Shown piece after piece: positions 1 through 35,721 of a DNA stretch of 64,000 nt (positions are counted from its first letter, which is position 1; each line of letters begins with the position of its first letter). The translations under genes and the position numbers were made by a program. This DNA is from Salpingoeca rosetta (Eukaryota; Protista; Choanoflagellata). The stretch is taken from NCBI GenBank assembly GCA_033442325.1, contig JAWQFM010000032.1, forward strand, positions 571,956 through 635,955. Direction: 5' to 3'. A model generated the notes under the pieces. It did not search any database. It had not been told where the DNA came from and saw only the letters and a program-made list of their open reading frames with translations.

Positions 1-99
1 GCGTTGTAATCGGTTTTCTCCCGTACCAGTATCCGTGCACCCTCCTCCTCATCTCACCACCACCATCGCCATCATGATCACCGCCATCATGGCCACCAG

Positions 100-524
100 G
101 CGTTTATCCTGCAGCTTGAGGGCGAGAAGCGGTGGCGGCTCTACGATCAGCCCGAGGGCGTTCGCCTCCCGCGCCACTCATCCCGTCAGTCTTTCCAATC
201 ACTGTGGCGGTGTTGGCGGTGGCAGTTACTGTGTTGGCGGTGGTGGTGCGCTTTGTGAAGTCATCGTATTTCGTGGCAAGCCTGTGGACGTTGTCCATTG
301 TTCCCACATGCTTGACGCAACCAACAACCGCACGACACCAATTTCACACACACACAACACCATCAACAACACAGCAACTTGTCCTCGCCTCGCTCATCTC
401 ACCAACCCCTGACACATCACCCTATCAACCCCACCAAATTCAGCAAACTACGATGAGAGCGAGCTTGGCAAACCGTATCTGGACGTCGTGCTGCGCCCTG
501 GCGACCTCCTCTACTTCCCACGCG

Positions 525-599
<75 letters not shown>

Positions 600-1290
600 C
601 GCACACACACACACGCGCGCATACACTTATGCAGGGTAGCTGTGTCGTGGGGTTCGCACACAAGCTAATGAGACATCATGACCAAGCCAACCCCACATCC
701 GTCCACTCACCACGTGTTATGCCTTCCTCTCATCATCGCCACCCTCTCCCTCTCTCTCCCCAACGTCTTCCATCTCCACCCCCCCCCATGCACGGCAGGC
801 GTTGTGCACCAGGCCGTGAGCCTGCCCAAGAGCCACAGCCTGCACCTCACGCTGTCCACGTACCAGCTGTTTGACTGGGCGCAGTACATGCAGAAGCTCG
901 TGCCCCAGGCGCTGGCAAACGCCATTGAGGAGGACGCGGACTTCCGGTCCGGTCTCCCGCGCAACTCTCTCGATTACGTCGGACTCAGCAAAGTTGACGA
1001 GGTGCGTGTGGGTGTATAGTTGTGTGCACACTTGTGGATGTACTTGTGTGCATACTTGTGGGTGTACTTGTGGGTACTTGCAGGCACGTGTGCGCTTTTC
1101 CAAACTTGCCTCTGTCACACGCAATTCACGCCACTGCACGTACCCATCACTTGCTCCTTATCCCTTGTGCAGAACCCGCCGCAGCGCGAGAAGTTTATCA
1201 AGCAGGCCAAGCGCCTTATGGCAAAGCTGGTGCGATCACAACTGTGATGATGATGATGGTGGTGGTGGTGAAAGGCGTGAACATCGTGTT

Positions 1291-1337
<47 letters not shown>

Positions 1338-2853
1338 TGAACCACCTGGCGATTAGCAAACCTTTTACACACGACGCATCTGACACATTCCACCACGTAA
1401 CACCACACCACATAACACCACACCACACCACACCACACCACACCACACCACACCACGTCACACCACACCACGGGCACGGTGCAGCCCGAGTATGCGTCGT
1501 TTGACGCTGCGGCGGATCAGGTGGCGGTCGAGAACATCCACAACTGCATGCCGCCCTGCCTCAGCCACGAGCAGCAGGCACTCAGGTAACAAGCAAACAT
1601 TTCCGTGCTGTTTGGAGTGTGTGTGTACATGTGTGTGTACATGTGTGTGTACATGTGTGTATGTGTGCACATGTGTGCACATGTGTGTATGTGTGCCAAT
1701 GTGTTCGTGTGGGTTTCTTGAGTAGTGCGACGTCACATTTGTTCCTCAGCTCCCAACTGCACACCTGTGATCACACCTCACCACCATATCCCATGTCATC
1801 ATCGCACAACAGCGGCCGGCTGCGTCCGCGCCGCGGGTTTGTGCCGAAACCGCTCAAGATGAACTCGTTCATCCGCATCATCTCTCCCCGCGCTGTCCGC
1901 CTGGTACGCTGCCCTGCTTGTTTGGTTTGCTCGTTTTGTTTGTTTGTTTGTTTGTTTGTTTGTTTGTTTGTTTGTTTGTTTGTTTGTTTGTTTGTTTGTT
2001 TGTTTGTTTGTACATATTTGGACTTGTGTCTGCGTCTTTACGCGCGTGATCAGCAATCCCCGTCACCCAACCCATCGTCCATCCCGCCTGACCCCCCCCC
2101 CCAACACACACACATACACATTGAACAGATGGCTGATGGCAACAACGCCTTGCTGTATCACTCGTTTGACAACGGCATGCACTACCACGCCGAGGAGCCG
2201 CAGTGCATCGAGTTCCCGCTGGTACAAACACATGTCACGTGGCGCGTGGGCTTTTTTCATGTGTGCACGATCATACGCACACATGCGTGGGCACGCATGA
2301 ACACAAACAAACGCGCACAACCGTACAAACGAACAAACAAACACATGCACGCTCCCCTCTCTGCTGATTCGAATCTCATTCGTCATTGCAATGTGTGGAT
2401 GATTGTTTCGACATCAGGATTTCGCCGAGGCCTTGGAGCAGATTGTGAACAACAAGGAATTCTTCCCCATCCGCGCCCTCCGTGACATCCCAGAGGAGTG
2501 AGTGGTGTATTGTCGTGGGGTTTGGTGGCATGTGGCTGTGGTGGCATTGTGGGCTGTGATGGCGGCAAGAGGATGGACACGCGTTGACGTTCGTTGGCGC
2601 CACCTTGCCAGCCACACGCACACAGACACACACACACATGTAACCACACACACACGCATACACGCACACACACACACCACCTGTTAGGATGCAATTGGAC
2701 CTGGTGACATCCCTGTATGATGCCGGACTCCTGCTCGTGCAGCCCATGGACGATGAGGACGAAGACGACGATGAAGATGAACGCGATGAGAGCGAAGAGG
2801 ATGAGGAAGAAGAGGACGACGATGGTGACGAGGAGGAAGAAGACGATGCGTGA
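100..2853 (+). CDS. RIOX1: JmjC ribosomal oxygenase / histone demethylase NO66 (RIOX1)-like, 3' portion; 5' exons lie upstream of the window; multi-exon
   Basis: Spliced exons read [29 protein letters not shown]|[27 protein letters not shown]|[54 protein letters not shown]..., then [22 protein letters not shown] and [14 protein letters not shown] with an acidic tail; stop TGA at 2851-2853. These motifs match the NO66/MINA53 cupin_4 family. Confidence 0.9.
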
Positions 2854-2968
2854 CGTACCGCAGCTGCCAAACTACTCGTTGCATACATCGCAGAGATGTG
2901 ACACCGCAGTCACGCACGCGCCATGTCAAACGTCGCGCCACGCCACACCTTTCCCTTTCCTCTTTTGT

Positions 2969-3070
<102 letters not shown>

Positions 3071-4068
3071 CACACACCACCAACCATTTTGCTTCCCGAC
3101 AGCATAAATTACACTTGTGATGTGTCATTCCGCAATGTGACGAAGATACCCACAAAATTTCGTTGGCCTGGGTTTTGCCCGCCAAACCACGACTTGCCGC
3201 TTTCTTCTTTCTTTGTTCTTCGCCTGTAACCGCTTCTGCTGTCCACACAAATCTTGCATTGCACACACACACAAATCTGTGCCTCCTGATCCCAGTCACA
3301 TCAACCGCACCACACACCGTCCGTCCCACGTCGAGTAAGCAAACAAGCGAGAAAGCACTGAGCAGTGGGTGTGTGCCACTGACCACTGGCTGTGTAGTTG
3401 TGATACCTTCCACGAGCAATAACGAGGTGAGCACGCCGTCGCCTTGCGTAGGTCCTGTCACGTCGCTTTTTCCTCTTTGTTTACATCCTGGCGTTTTTTT
3501 TTTTTTGGCGCGAACCACATATCGCCTATGTCAGTGCCACTCCAACATGTACATATATCTGTCCGCACCTCCGCTGTTTGACCAGTTGGTCTCGACGAGC
3601 GCTTGTTGCTCTTGTCCACCTTTTTTTATTCCGTGCGCTGGGTGGCTTGCTTCATTTACATGTACCCATCTCTGTTTGCGTACCGTACAGTACCGGTTGG
3701 TGGAACTGACACTGGTGTGTTCCATATCGTTGATCAGATCGTGTTTGCCTTTGCCTTTGACGTTGTTCTTCCTTCCTCCTGCGTCGACCATCCTTTCCTT
3801 GGCGCGCATCCCGCCCTTTGTCTCTCGTTTACACCATATCTCTTCCTCGCACACACACACACACGCACGCTCACTCGCTCACTCACTCACACATTCACAC
3901 ACGCGTCGTGCACGCATGCATACATGCACATACACACACGCACATCAACACACACACACACACACACACACATATCAACAACCCCTCCCCCCTTCCCCCT
4001 CCACACACACACACACGCACATCAACACACACACACGCACACACACACACAGGACATAACCGGGCGCC

Positions 4069-6479
4069 ATGTCGCTGATCCCCGTGTACCTGTTTGTGGA
4101 CGACTCCAACTTCTGGATTGAGGGCCAAAAGGCGTGTGCGCACTCGCTCGGCCTTAAGGAACCCCGCGACGTGCGGTTTCGCATCCACCTGGAGAACCTG
4201 ATTGCGTTTGTGACGGTCAAGTACGGGCCCATTAAAGGCGCCCACCTATTTGCCTCCGAGGCCTTCAATAGCGATGGCGTCTGGCGCAAGGCCAAGGAGG
4301 TCAAGTTCAAGGTGCACAACTTCTCCCGCTCCCTGCGCGGCAAGGAGAAGGAGGTGGACCAGGCCGTATGCGTGGAGCTGGCCTTTCAGGCGGCCGTGAC
4401 GCGCGAGCGCCATGAGGAGGCGTCCTTTGTCATTGTCACCGGCGACCGCGACATGATGCCCGCCGTGCATAAGGCCCTGTCCTGCGGCATCCACGTGCAC
4501 CTGCTCGCCTTCTCCTCGGGCCTGGCTGATCAGTACAAGCACCTCGACAAAAACCACAACCTCTTTCATATTACCCTCATGGATGAGTATCTGTTTGAGG
4601 TTGGCTACGTCGACCACGGCTCCACCCGTAGCGTCATCGATAAGCGCCACGCCGTTGTCATTGCCTCCTTCAACCCGCCGCTCACGGGCGCCAACGCCAA
4701 GATATCGCCCACCAGCCGCGACGAGGACTCACCGCCGCCCCAGCCCGCCAACAAGTGCCCCACCACCGTGCGCCAGGTGACGCGCGTGCTGGATACCCTG
4801 CACCAGATGTACTTTATCCACGTCGCCGGCGGCGGCTCCGCCATGATTGTGGAGTTCCCCAAGGCCAAGCTCGACATCATCATCCCGCGCGCGCGCGATG
4901 CCCTGGAGAAGAAAGGCTACACGGGCGTGGAGGTGTACTCGTATGCGCTGTGGAAGGGCCAACAACAGCAACAGAAGTTGAAGGTCGATGAGCAGCGCAA
5001 GAAGAAGGAGCAGCACCTGACCAACCAGCCGTTTGCTGCGCTGCAGGTGGAGGACCCAGACACCACCACCACCACCAGCGACCACGATGCTGATGAAGAC
5101 GATGATGACGATGAGCACGACGCTGCCAACACTAGTGTTGCGATGCATGACGGCGCTGTGGTTGCCGCTGTCACGGAGAATAGGCACGCCGCAAGCGCTA
5201 ACCAGCACCACCACGACGACCTCTATCCGCTGTATGATGTCGAATACCACAATTACCAACAGCAGCAGGTGGATGAGCAAGATCAGCACCAGCAGCATGA
5301 TGATGCGGAGGCTGCCGACAAGAAGAAGAAGAAGAAGAAGAAGCGCAAGAGGAACAGGAAGAAGAAGCAGGACCAGGAGAACGGCCACGACAACAGCAAC
5401 GGCGACAACCACGGCGACGAGCAAAGTGAGCAGCAGGATGCGCAGACGCAGCAGGAGCGTGACGACCACGCCATTGCAGCGGCCGCGTCACGCGCGTGGA
5501 ACGACAGCCCCGCCGCCGGCGACGGATATCTTGGCCTGGGCATGAACGGCTTTGGTGCGGCCTCGGACGTGTTTGCCAACCACGATGGCAGCGGCCGGAG
5601 CAGCAACAACAGCAGCGGCAACAGCGGTGGCGGCGGTGGTGGCGCTCTGTTTGACGACTTTATTGGCGCGTACGGCACGGCCGACACAGGTGCTGTTGGA
5701 AACTACGACGCCTTCCACGACTCAACGGCCACCACCAGCAACCGCCTGAGCAGCAGCGGCAACAGCAACAGCAGTGGCATCGGCACGTCAACGACCGCAC
5801 CACCACCACCACCACCAGCAACGACGGCGGCGGTGGTTGATCCGTGGGGCGACACGCAGGCAACTGCGCTCAGCAGCGGTGTGCAGCACACGAACATGCA
5901 CACGAGCAACACGACCACGGCTTCCGCTGGCACCAACCCGACGCCGCCGCCGCCAGGCCTGGTCACGCCGCAGCGCATGGCACACCAGCACCAGCAGCAT
6001 CAGCAGCAGCAGCATCAAGGCGCTGAAGATGAGCTGCTGCACGACGACGCTGCCATCAACCACTCGCAGGCCCAAGTCAATCACCAGCAGCACCAGCACC
6101 AGCAGTCAAGTGGCACATCCCTGCTGTCGTTCCTCAACAACCACCAGCACCAGCAGCAGCAGCAGCAGCAGCCCCTGGATACGCTGATGGAGAAGCTGGC
6201 TGCGATGCAGGGCGGTGTGTCGCTCTCACAGCAACAGCAGCAACAGCAACAGATGCAGCAGCTGGAGAAGAAGGCACAGGAGCTGCTGGGCGTGCTGAAG
6301 ATGGTTCAGAGCATGGAGCAGCAACTGCAGCAACAGCAGCAGCGGCAACAACAGGCCCAGCAGCAGCCGTCGCTGCAACAACAGGCTGAGCAGCTTCAGA
6401 AGCAGTTTCAGCTGCAAAGCATGCGCCAGGACGCCGAGCAGCAGCTGCAACAGCTCCAACAGCAGGTGCTGCAGTATCA

Positions 6480-6520
<41 letters not shown>

Positions 6521-7800
6521 CGTTTACTTCCGCCGCAACATCCATGGCTCCGAGCAGCAGTGTCGCTGGTATGGGACTGTCCATGCAGCCGCAGCAGCAC
6601 CAGCAGCAGCAACAGTACCAGCAGAACTTGTTCGGTATCACCACCAGCAGCAGCAGCAGCACGGCTGCCGACAGCATGGGCTTCTCGCCCTCCCTCTGGT
6701 CCGGCCAACAACAGCAGGCAGGTGGGCTGCAGGGCTTCATGTCCCAGCATGGGCTGGTCGGCACGAGCAGCCACGGCACGAGCCCCTATGCCCGCATGAA
6801 CGGCACGACGCCAACGCCGCCACCGCCGCCACTGGTTGACTCGCGCGCCTTTCCTGGTCAGCCACTCCCCGCTGCCTCAGCCACCACCACCAGCACGCAT
6901 GCAACGGCGCCAGCACCACCGCCACCGGCCACGGCCAACGCCGCACTCAGCGCCAGCGGCGCCACGAACAACAACAGCAGTTACAGCAGCGGTGGTGGTG
7001 GTGGGCGTGACTTTGTTCCTTTCCGTCTTGGCGGCGGCGGCGACCAGGACATGTATGGGCGAAGTGATGGCCGCGACATGCAGGACGACACACCTGACTG
7101 GGGGATCAGTGACGGTGATGACGACACGACGTGGCCGTCACTCGGCGGCGCTGGTGGTGGCAACGGCGCCCGCACGAAGAACAACGCAGCAACAGCAGGT
7201 GGTGGTGGTTCGCTCGACTACCGCGCCATGGCGGCCACGCCAGCCACTGGTGGGCAGCAGGGCAAGGCCACCAACAACAACAACAACAACAGCGGCAGCA
7301 CTGGCACTGGCACTGGCACTGTTGGTGACGCCACGGCCAGCAAGAGCAGCAAGAACAAGAAGAAGAACAAGAAGAAGAACAAGGCCAAGGCCGGGAGCGC
7401 CGCGAATGACATGGCAGCGCGGCTTGGTGACGAGTTTGATGAGTTTGGAATCCGTCGACAGAAGAGCAGCGACTGGCACGAGGTGTTGCGGGGCGAGTCG
7501 ACAGACGACAAGCTTGCCCGCAGCCGCAAGTACAAGGACCCCTGCCGCTATGGCATACACTGCAGCAACGCCGCCCAGTGCACGTACAAGCACACGCCGT
7601 GGGAGGTGGCCATGTTCAAGCGGTTTCCTAACCACAAGTTTCTGTTGTACAAGAGCAGCCGGTGTATCAATGAGCGCCCGCACAACCCGGCGGACTGCCT
7701 GTTCTCGCACGGGCTTGAGAACGACGATATGGAATGGTGCGTCTCCTGCAAGCAAGAGGGGCATCTCACCAACAACTGCCCTTACACCCGCAAGAAGTGA
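4069..7800 (+). CDS. Intronless 1243-aa protein: N-terminal NYN (LabA/DUF88, PIN-like) RNase domain, long Q/G/S/D low-complexity linker, C-terminal two CCCH-type zinc fingers and a CCHC zinc knuckle
   Basis: Single ORF. NYN acidic motifs YLFVDDSNFW, GKEKEVD, FVIVTGDRDMMPAV. C-terminal CRYGIHCSNAAQCTYKH (CCCH), RCINERPHNPADCLFSHG (Unkempt-like finger) and CVSCKQEGHLTNNC (CX2CX4HX4C). Confidence 0.9.
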
Positions 7801-7959
7801 TCATGTGTCTGTGTGTGTGTGGGGGGGGGGGTCGTGTATGACAGTCTGCTGTTGTTACTGCGTTTGGTGGATGGTTTCTCAAAGGCTGGTGTGGTTTGTG
7901 TGATGTTGGCTTCTTCCTTCTGCTCTGAGTGTGTTGCGGGCGTGTCACCGCTCGCGTTT

Positions 7960-8041
<82 letters not shown>

Positions 8042-8049
8042 GTCGTGTC

Positions 8050-8149
8050 NNNNNNNNNNNNNNNNNNNNNNNNNNNNNNNNNNNNNNNNNNNNNNNNNNN
8101 NNNNNNNNNNNNNNNNNNNNNNNNNNNNNNNNNNNNNNNNNNNNNNNNN
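8050..8149. other. Assembly gap (N run)
   Basis: Run of N flanked by (GT)n. Confidence 1.
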
Positions 8150-8302
8150 CTCACCTACCATCTGTGTGTGTGTGTGTGTGTGTGTGTGAGTGTGTGTGTG
8201 TGTGCGTGTGTGTATATGTGTGTGTGTGTGTATGTGTGTGCCGTTGCTTGCGTATGCGTTTCCTTAAACCGGTGATGATAATCAGATGGGTCGTTGTCAA
8301 CT

Positions 8303-8355
<53 letters not shown>

Positions 8356-8652
8356 CACACACACACATGCACATGCGCACGTCATTGCGACTGGACGGGC
8401 CAGAACAGAAGCTCGAGCACGAAGAGAGAAACAATGGCTGTGGTGGTGGAGGACTGCCACTGTCCTTTCGTTTGTTTTGGTTTTTGACTGTGGGCGATTT
8501 CCTTCTTCTTTCTTGTGGTGCATTCCAATCTTCAAGGACAACATCGAGCACAACCGTTGATTGTTGCTGTTGGTTGTGCACTTCTCGCTCGAGGCAGACG
8601 ACGCAGAGGTGGCAGGCAAGAAGTGACAACGTGAAGCGCAACAGCGAACAGT

Positions 8653-15002
<6,350 letters not shown>

Positions 15003-15037
15003 TGATGACCATGATGATGCCAATGCAACTACTTGCT

Positions 15038-15073
<36 letters not shown>

Positions 15074-15602
15074 TGTGTGTGTGTGTGTGTCTTGTGTCTG
15101 TGTACACGTGTGTACGTGCAAGTACGTGGGCATGTGCTTTACTTCACACACATGAATGTGTGACTCCACCCATTGTCGTCTGTTGCACTTGTGCATGAAT
15201 GTATTTCTGATTTGATGCGGCCGTGGCGGGTTGATGACCTGTGTCAACTGCGATGGTGATGACACCACGACGGCCCATCACGTGATTGTGGCCGCGGGGG
15301 ATGGGTTAAGTGCTTGTTGTGTGTATTAAATGAAACGGCGTACGCAACACACGGCACGGTATGTACAGAAGCTTGTGAAAGTCAGAACCCCCAGATGAAA
15401 CAAAGAAAGTGGAAGAGAGGAGATGCATGGTGAAGACAAGGAAGGTGGGGCATGCAATGTAGGAGGTAAGATGGATGCAGGGAGTGGGTCAACACAGATG
15501 CAACAAACAAACAAACAACTGCGGCGGTGGATGTGCTGCGAGTGGAAACGTTGAATTGGTTCGGCAACGACACTCGACCGTGACCATCGCCACACCCTCC
15601 AC

Positions 15603-15693
<91 letters not shown>

Positions 15694-16000
15694 NNNNNNN
15701 NNNNNNNNNNNNNNNNNNNNNNNNNNNNNNNNNNNNNNNNNNNNNNNNNNNNNNNNNNNNNNNNNNNNNNNNNNNNNNNNNNNNNNNNNNNNNNNNNNNN
15801 NNNNNNNNNNNNNNNNNNNNNNNNNNNNNNNNNNNNNNNNNNNNNNNNNNNNNNNNNNNNNNNNNNNNNNNNNNNNNNNNNNNNNNNNNNNNNNNNNNNN
15901 NNNNNNNNNNNNNNNNNNNNNNNNNNNNNNNNNNNNNNNNNNNNNNNNNNNNNNNNNNNNNNNNNNNNNNNNNNNNNNNNNNNNNNNNNNNNNNNNNNNN
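15694..16000. other. Assembly gap (N run) next to a (CAT)n tract
   Basis: Run of N. Confidence 1.
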
Positions 16001-16227
16001 CCACGCACTGCACCCCCACTGAAAAAAAATAATACATAAAATATACACACCATACGCACACGCACCCACGCACGCACGCTCGCACACACACACACACACA
16101 CGCACGGACGCACGGACACACAAACAAGCATGCACGGAAAAAAAACACAAACACACACACACACGCACACACACACACACACACACACACGCACGCACAC
16201 GTATGCACAGGCACGTGGTTGCGCTCA

Positions 16228-17384
16228 CGTGGGGTCAGCGCCATAGTCGAGCAAGAACTGCACCATGTCCTTGTGTCCCCACATGCACGCCCTGTGTATC
16301 GCCGCGTATCCCTGCGGCCCTTTTGTGTTGATGTTCATGTTCCGCTGCAGAAGCACCTCCATCACATCCTGGCGGTTGTGAATGGCAGCCAGCTCCAACG
16401 GGTGTCTTTGGTATCTGCAGAGGTTAACAGGCATGGGGTGCGGGAGGAGGTGTGAGGTGCGATGATAAGTCCAGGGTCGAGGAGGGGACACCAACCAAGG
16501 AACAGCGACCAAGACATACACTCACATAAACGCGTAAAAGTACACGCACATACAATTTCACACACACACACAACACACACACACACATTACCTGTCGAGC
16601 GCGGCAGCCTGGTTGGGGCTGCTGGTGAGTATATCTGCGATATCCTGCAGTGGGGCGCCTTTGACAAGGGCTTCCGCAATGTTGCAGTCCAGCTTCCGCG
16701 ACAGCGGGCTGTCAAGGGAGGCGGAAGGCGGGTCACGTGATGCACAGCAGTCATGTGAGAATGGAGCATCTCTGGCATGTCGTAATGTCAACCAGCCCAA
16801 CACACTCACTCACTCACTCACTCACTCACTCACTCACTCACTCACTCACTCACTCACTCACTCACTCACTCACTCACTCACCCACTCACTCACTCACTCA
16901 CTCACTCACTCACGCGCACACTCACTCACTCACTCACTCACGCGCACACTCACTCACTCGCACACACACACACACACTCATTCACTCACTCACTCACTCA
17001 CTCACTCACTCACTCACTCACTCACTCACTCACTCACTCACTCACTCACAGTTGTGGGGATGGGGATCGCCGTGCAGATCCCCTTGATTTCGGAACGGCA
17101 AACGACCGCCGCTGTCAGTGCACAAGCAAGTGTGCGTGAGAGAGTGGGAGAGTGAGAGAGGGGCACTGCTTTGTAGGAGATAGGAAAAGAGTACCAGGAA
17201 GGGCAGCATCCACGTTCCCAGCCACAACCACGCGAAGCACAGACTCGCCAAGCAAGCCAAGCAAACCAAGAGCCAAGCAGGACCACACAGCACTCACGGA
17301 TGCCCTTCGTTCCGCCATCATCGCATTCGTGCTTGACGACAGGCACAACAAATGCACTTTATGTTGTCGTAAACCGCCGCTCAT
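16228..17384 (-). CDS. Small ankyrin-repeat protein; 5' exons uncertain, 3' end probably runs into the 15694-16000 gap
   Basis: Exons [39 protein letters not shown] and [62 protein letters not shown] (two ANK repeats), followed by a GT donor. Candidate ATG at 17384. Confidence 0.75.
16804..17049. repeat. (ACTC)n tetranucleotide microsatellite in an ankyrin-gene intron
   Basis: About 60 near-perfect ACTC units, with short interruptions. Confidence 0.95.
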
Positions 17385-17576
17385 CGCCAACGTTGCTGAG
17401 TTGTTTGTTGGCAGCGGCAGCACAACACACAGCCTGCGACGTGAATGAGCTTGGGAGAAGGGGAACGTCGTTGAAGGGCTGGCTGGTGTACATAGACCGG
17501 ACTGCACGCACGAGAATAAGAGGGGTGTGGTGTAGACAGTACATACGACGTCCTAGGAGTAGCAGAACAACCCGCG

Positions 17577-22898
<5,322 letters not shown>

Positions 22899-23211
22899 GT
22901 GTCTGTGTCTGTGTGTGTGTGTGTGTGCGTGTTAGGGAGGACTGGTTGAATGAATTTAACTGAATATGAATGAAATAAATGCCAAGTTGCCCCACAGTTC
23001 GAAATTGGTGAATCTCTTTGTTGGGACCATGCAGTGCACAGTTTTATGAACACGCGAAGAAGAAGGTTACAACATCTCAAAACAACAACTACCTGGCTGG
23101 GAAACACGTGACTAACTCTAAAACAAATGCGGACACACAGACACACACGCCATGTTGCGCAAGACCAGTCAGTGACAGTTGGAGCACATGACGGCAGCGG
23201 TAGCGCACGGC

Positions 23212-30688
<7,477 letters not shown>

Positions 30689-31296
30689 ATCCAAACTGGA
30701 GGTGCTTGTATGTTTCTGTCTGTCGTGTCGTAGTCTGTGCGTCGCGCTGTCCTTCCCAGCGTGTAGATAATTTGTCGTATTTTAAAATAACATTCGTCAA
30801 CTGCCTGCCGCCACAACACAAACTCACACCAGCCAGCCAGCCAAGAGCAAGTTGATGTACATAGTTGAACGGACCAACATCATCAACCCAACAAGCAGCA
30901 CACACAACACATCACCCACAGCACAAGCACACAACGCACTCCTCGTCATGTCATGTTTGTCCCAAGGAGAGGGGTGCACGAACCCTTGTGCCAAGACAAC
31001 AAACCTTGTTGGCGAAGAGTTTTCATTTCTCCACACACACGCTCGCTTGAACGCCCGTGACATATTCGTGCCGTGCGTTTCTCTTCTTCGTCCTCCTCCT
31101 CTGTCACATCAAACCGACGCATCCGCATCTGCGTTCTCTCCCTCTCCCTGTGACGTGTGGTTTTTGAAGGGTTGACGTGTTTGCTGTGTCTGTGCACCCC
31201 CTGTGCTGTGCTGCACACCTGCTCTTCTCTGGTGTTCTGCACACCTGGGCGATCAACAGCCCCTTGACAGCTTCCGTGCGTGCGATCATAGCCGCC

Positions 31297-31337
<41 letters not shown>

Positions 31338-31376
31338 ACAACAACAACAACAAACAACAACAACAACAACGACAAT

Positions 31377-34896
<3,520 letters not shown>

Positions 34897-35721
34897 AGCT
34901 GTGGGTGTGTGGAGCTGAGGTTGGGGTGGAGGTGGGGAAAGCGACGATGGTAGCCGTTGTGTGTTGACACTCTTTGAGTTGCTTCTTCCGACAAGCACGT
35001 TTGCTTGAGTTGGTGGGGTCATAGGTGTGTTTTTGTGGCCGTGGTAAATGTACATAAAGCGCATGCATACACACGGAAGGCTTCACGGCATATGGTGATG
35101 TTGCAGTGAATCGGTTGCGTGAGCAACTTGCTTGGAGCTTTCGAGGTGAGGTGCTGGGTGAGGCATGCTGAAGAACTGCCCGTTTTTGTGCAGCCGCATC
35201 ATACAAGCACGCGTGTGCGGGGCTTGTTGGGTGCAGCAGAGGAGACAGGGGTAGCACACGCGTGGCCATGCACTGCATACATCAGCCAGTTGCTTGGTGC
35301 ACACAATGAAAACGACGACACAAACAAACTCCACAGGAGCACGACCACGATTGCACGACAGGCACGATAGCAGCCCGATGTGTCTGCATTCGCGTTCTGC
35401 ACTCGGATACTCAGTTGAATTTGAGTATTCACATGACATCTGACGTGTACTTGGGGCAAACGGCCAAACAGAACAAGACGCAAGGTGTGAACCCCGCTAG
35501 ACATCTAGACATGCACGAAGCGAGACAAGGCGTGCCAAGGAAAACACGCAACCACACGGGGCAACGAAAAGAGAACAACCGACAAGAAAGCACTGCGTGC
35601 AGGCAAACACGCAGAACGACATGGAAGGCAAGAAGCAAACACAAAACAAGCTACCCACACTCAAAACAACTTGCAGCAACCCACCCTCACAACACCCATT
35701 CTCATCCTCACCCACTCTTCT

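Noticed and set aside
7738-7779. CCHC knuckle as a sign of a retrotransposon gag
   Set aside because: No protease, RT, integrase or LTRs nearby. It is the terminal finger of the NYN protein.
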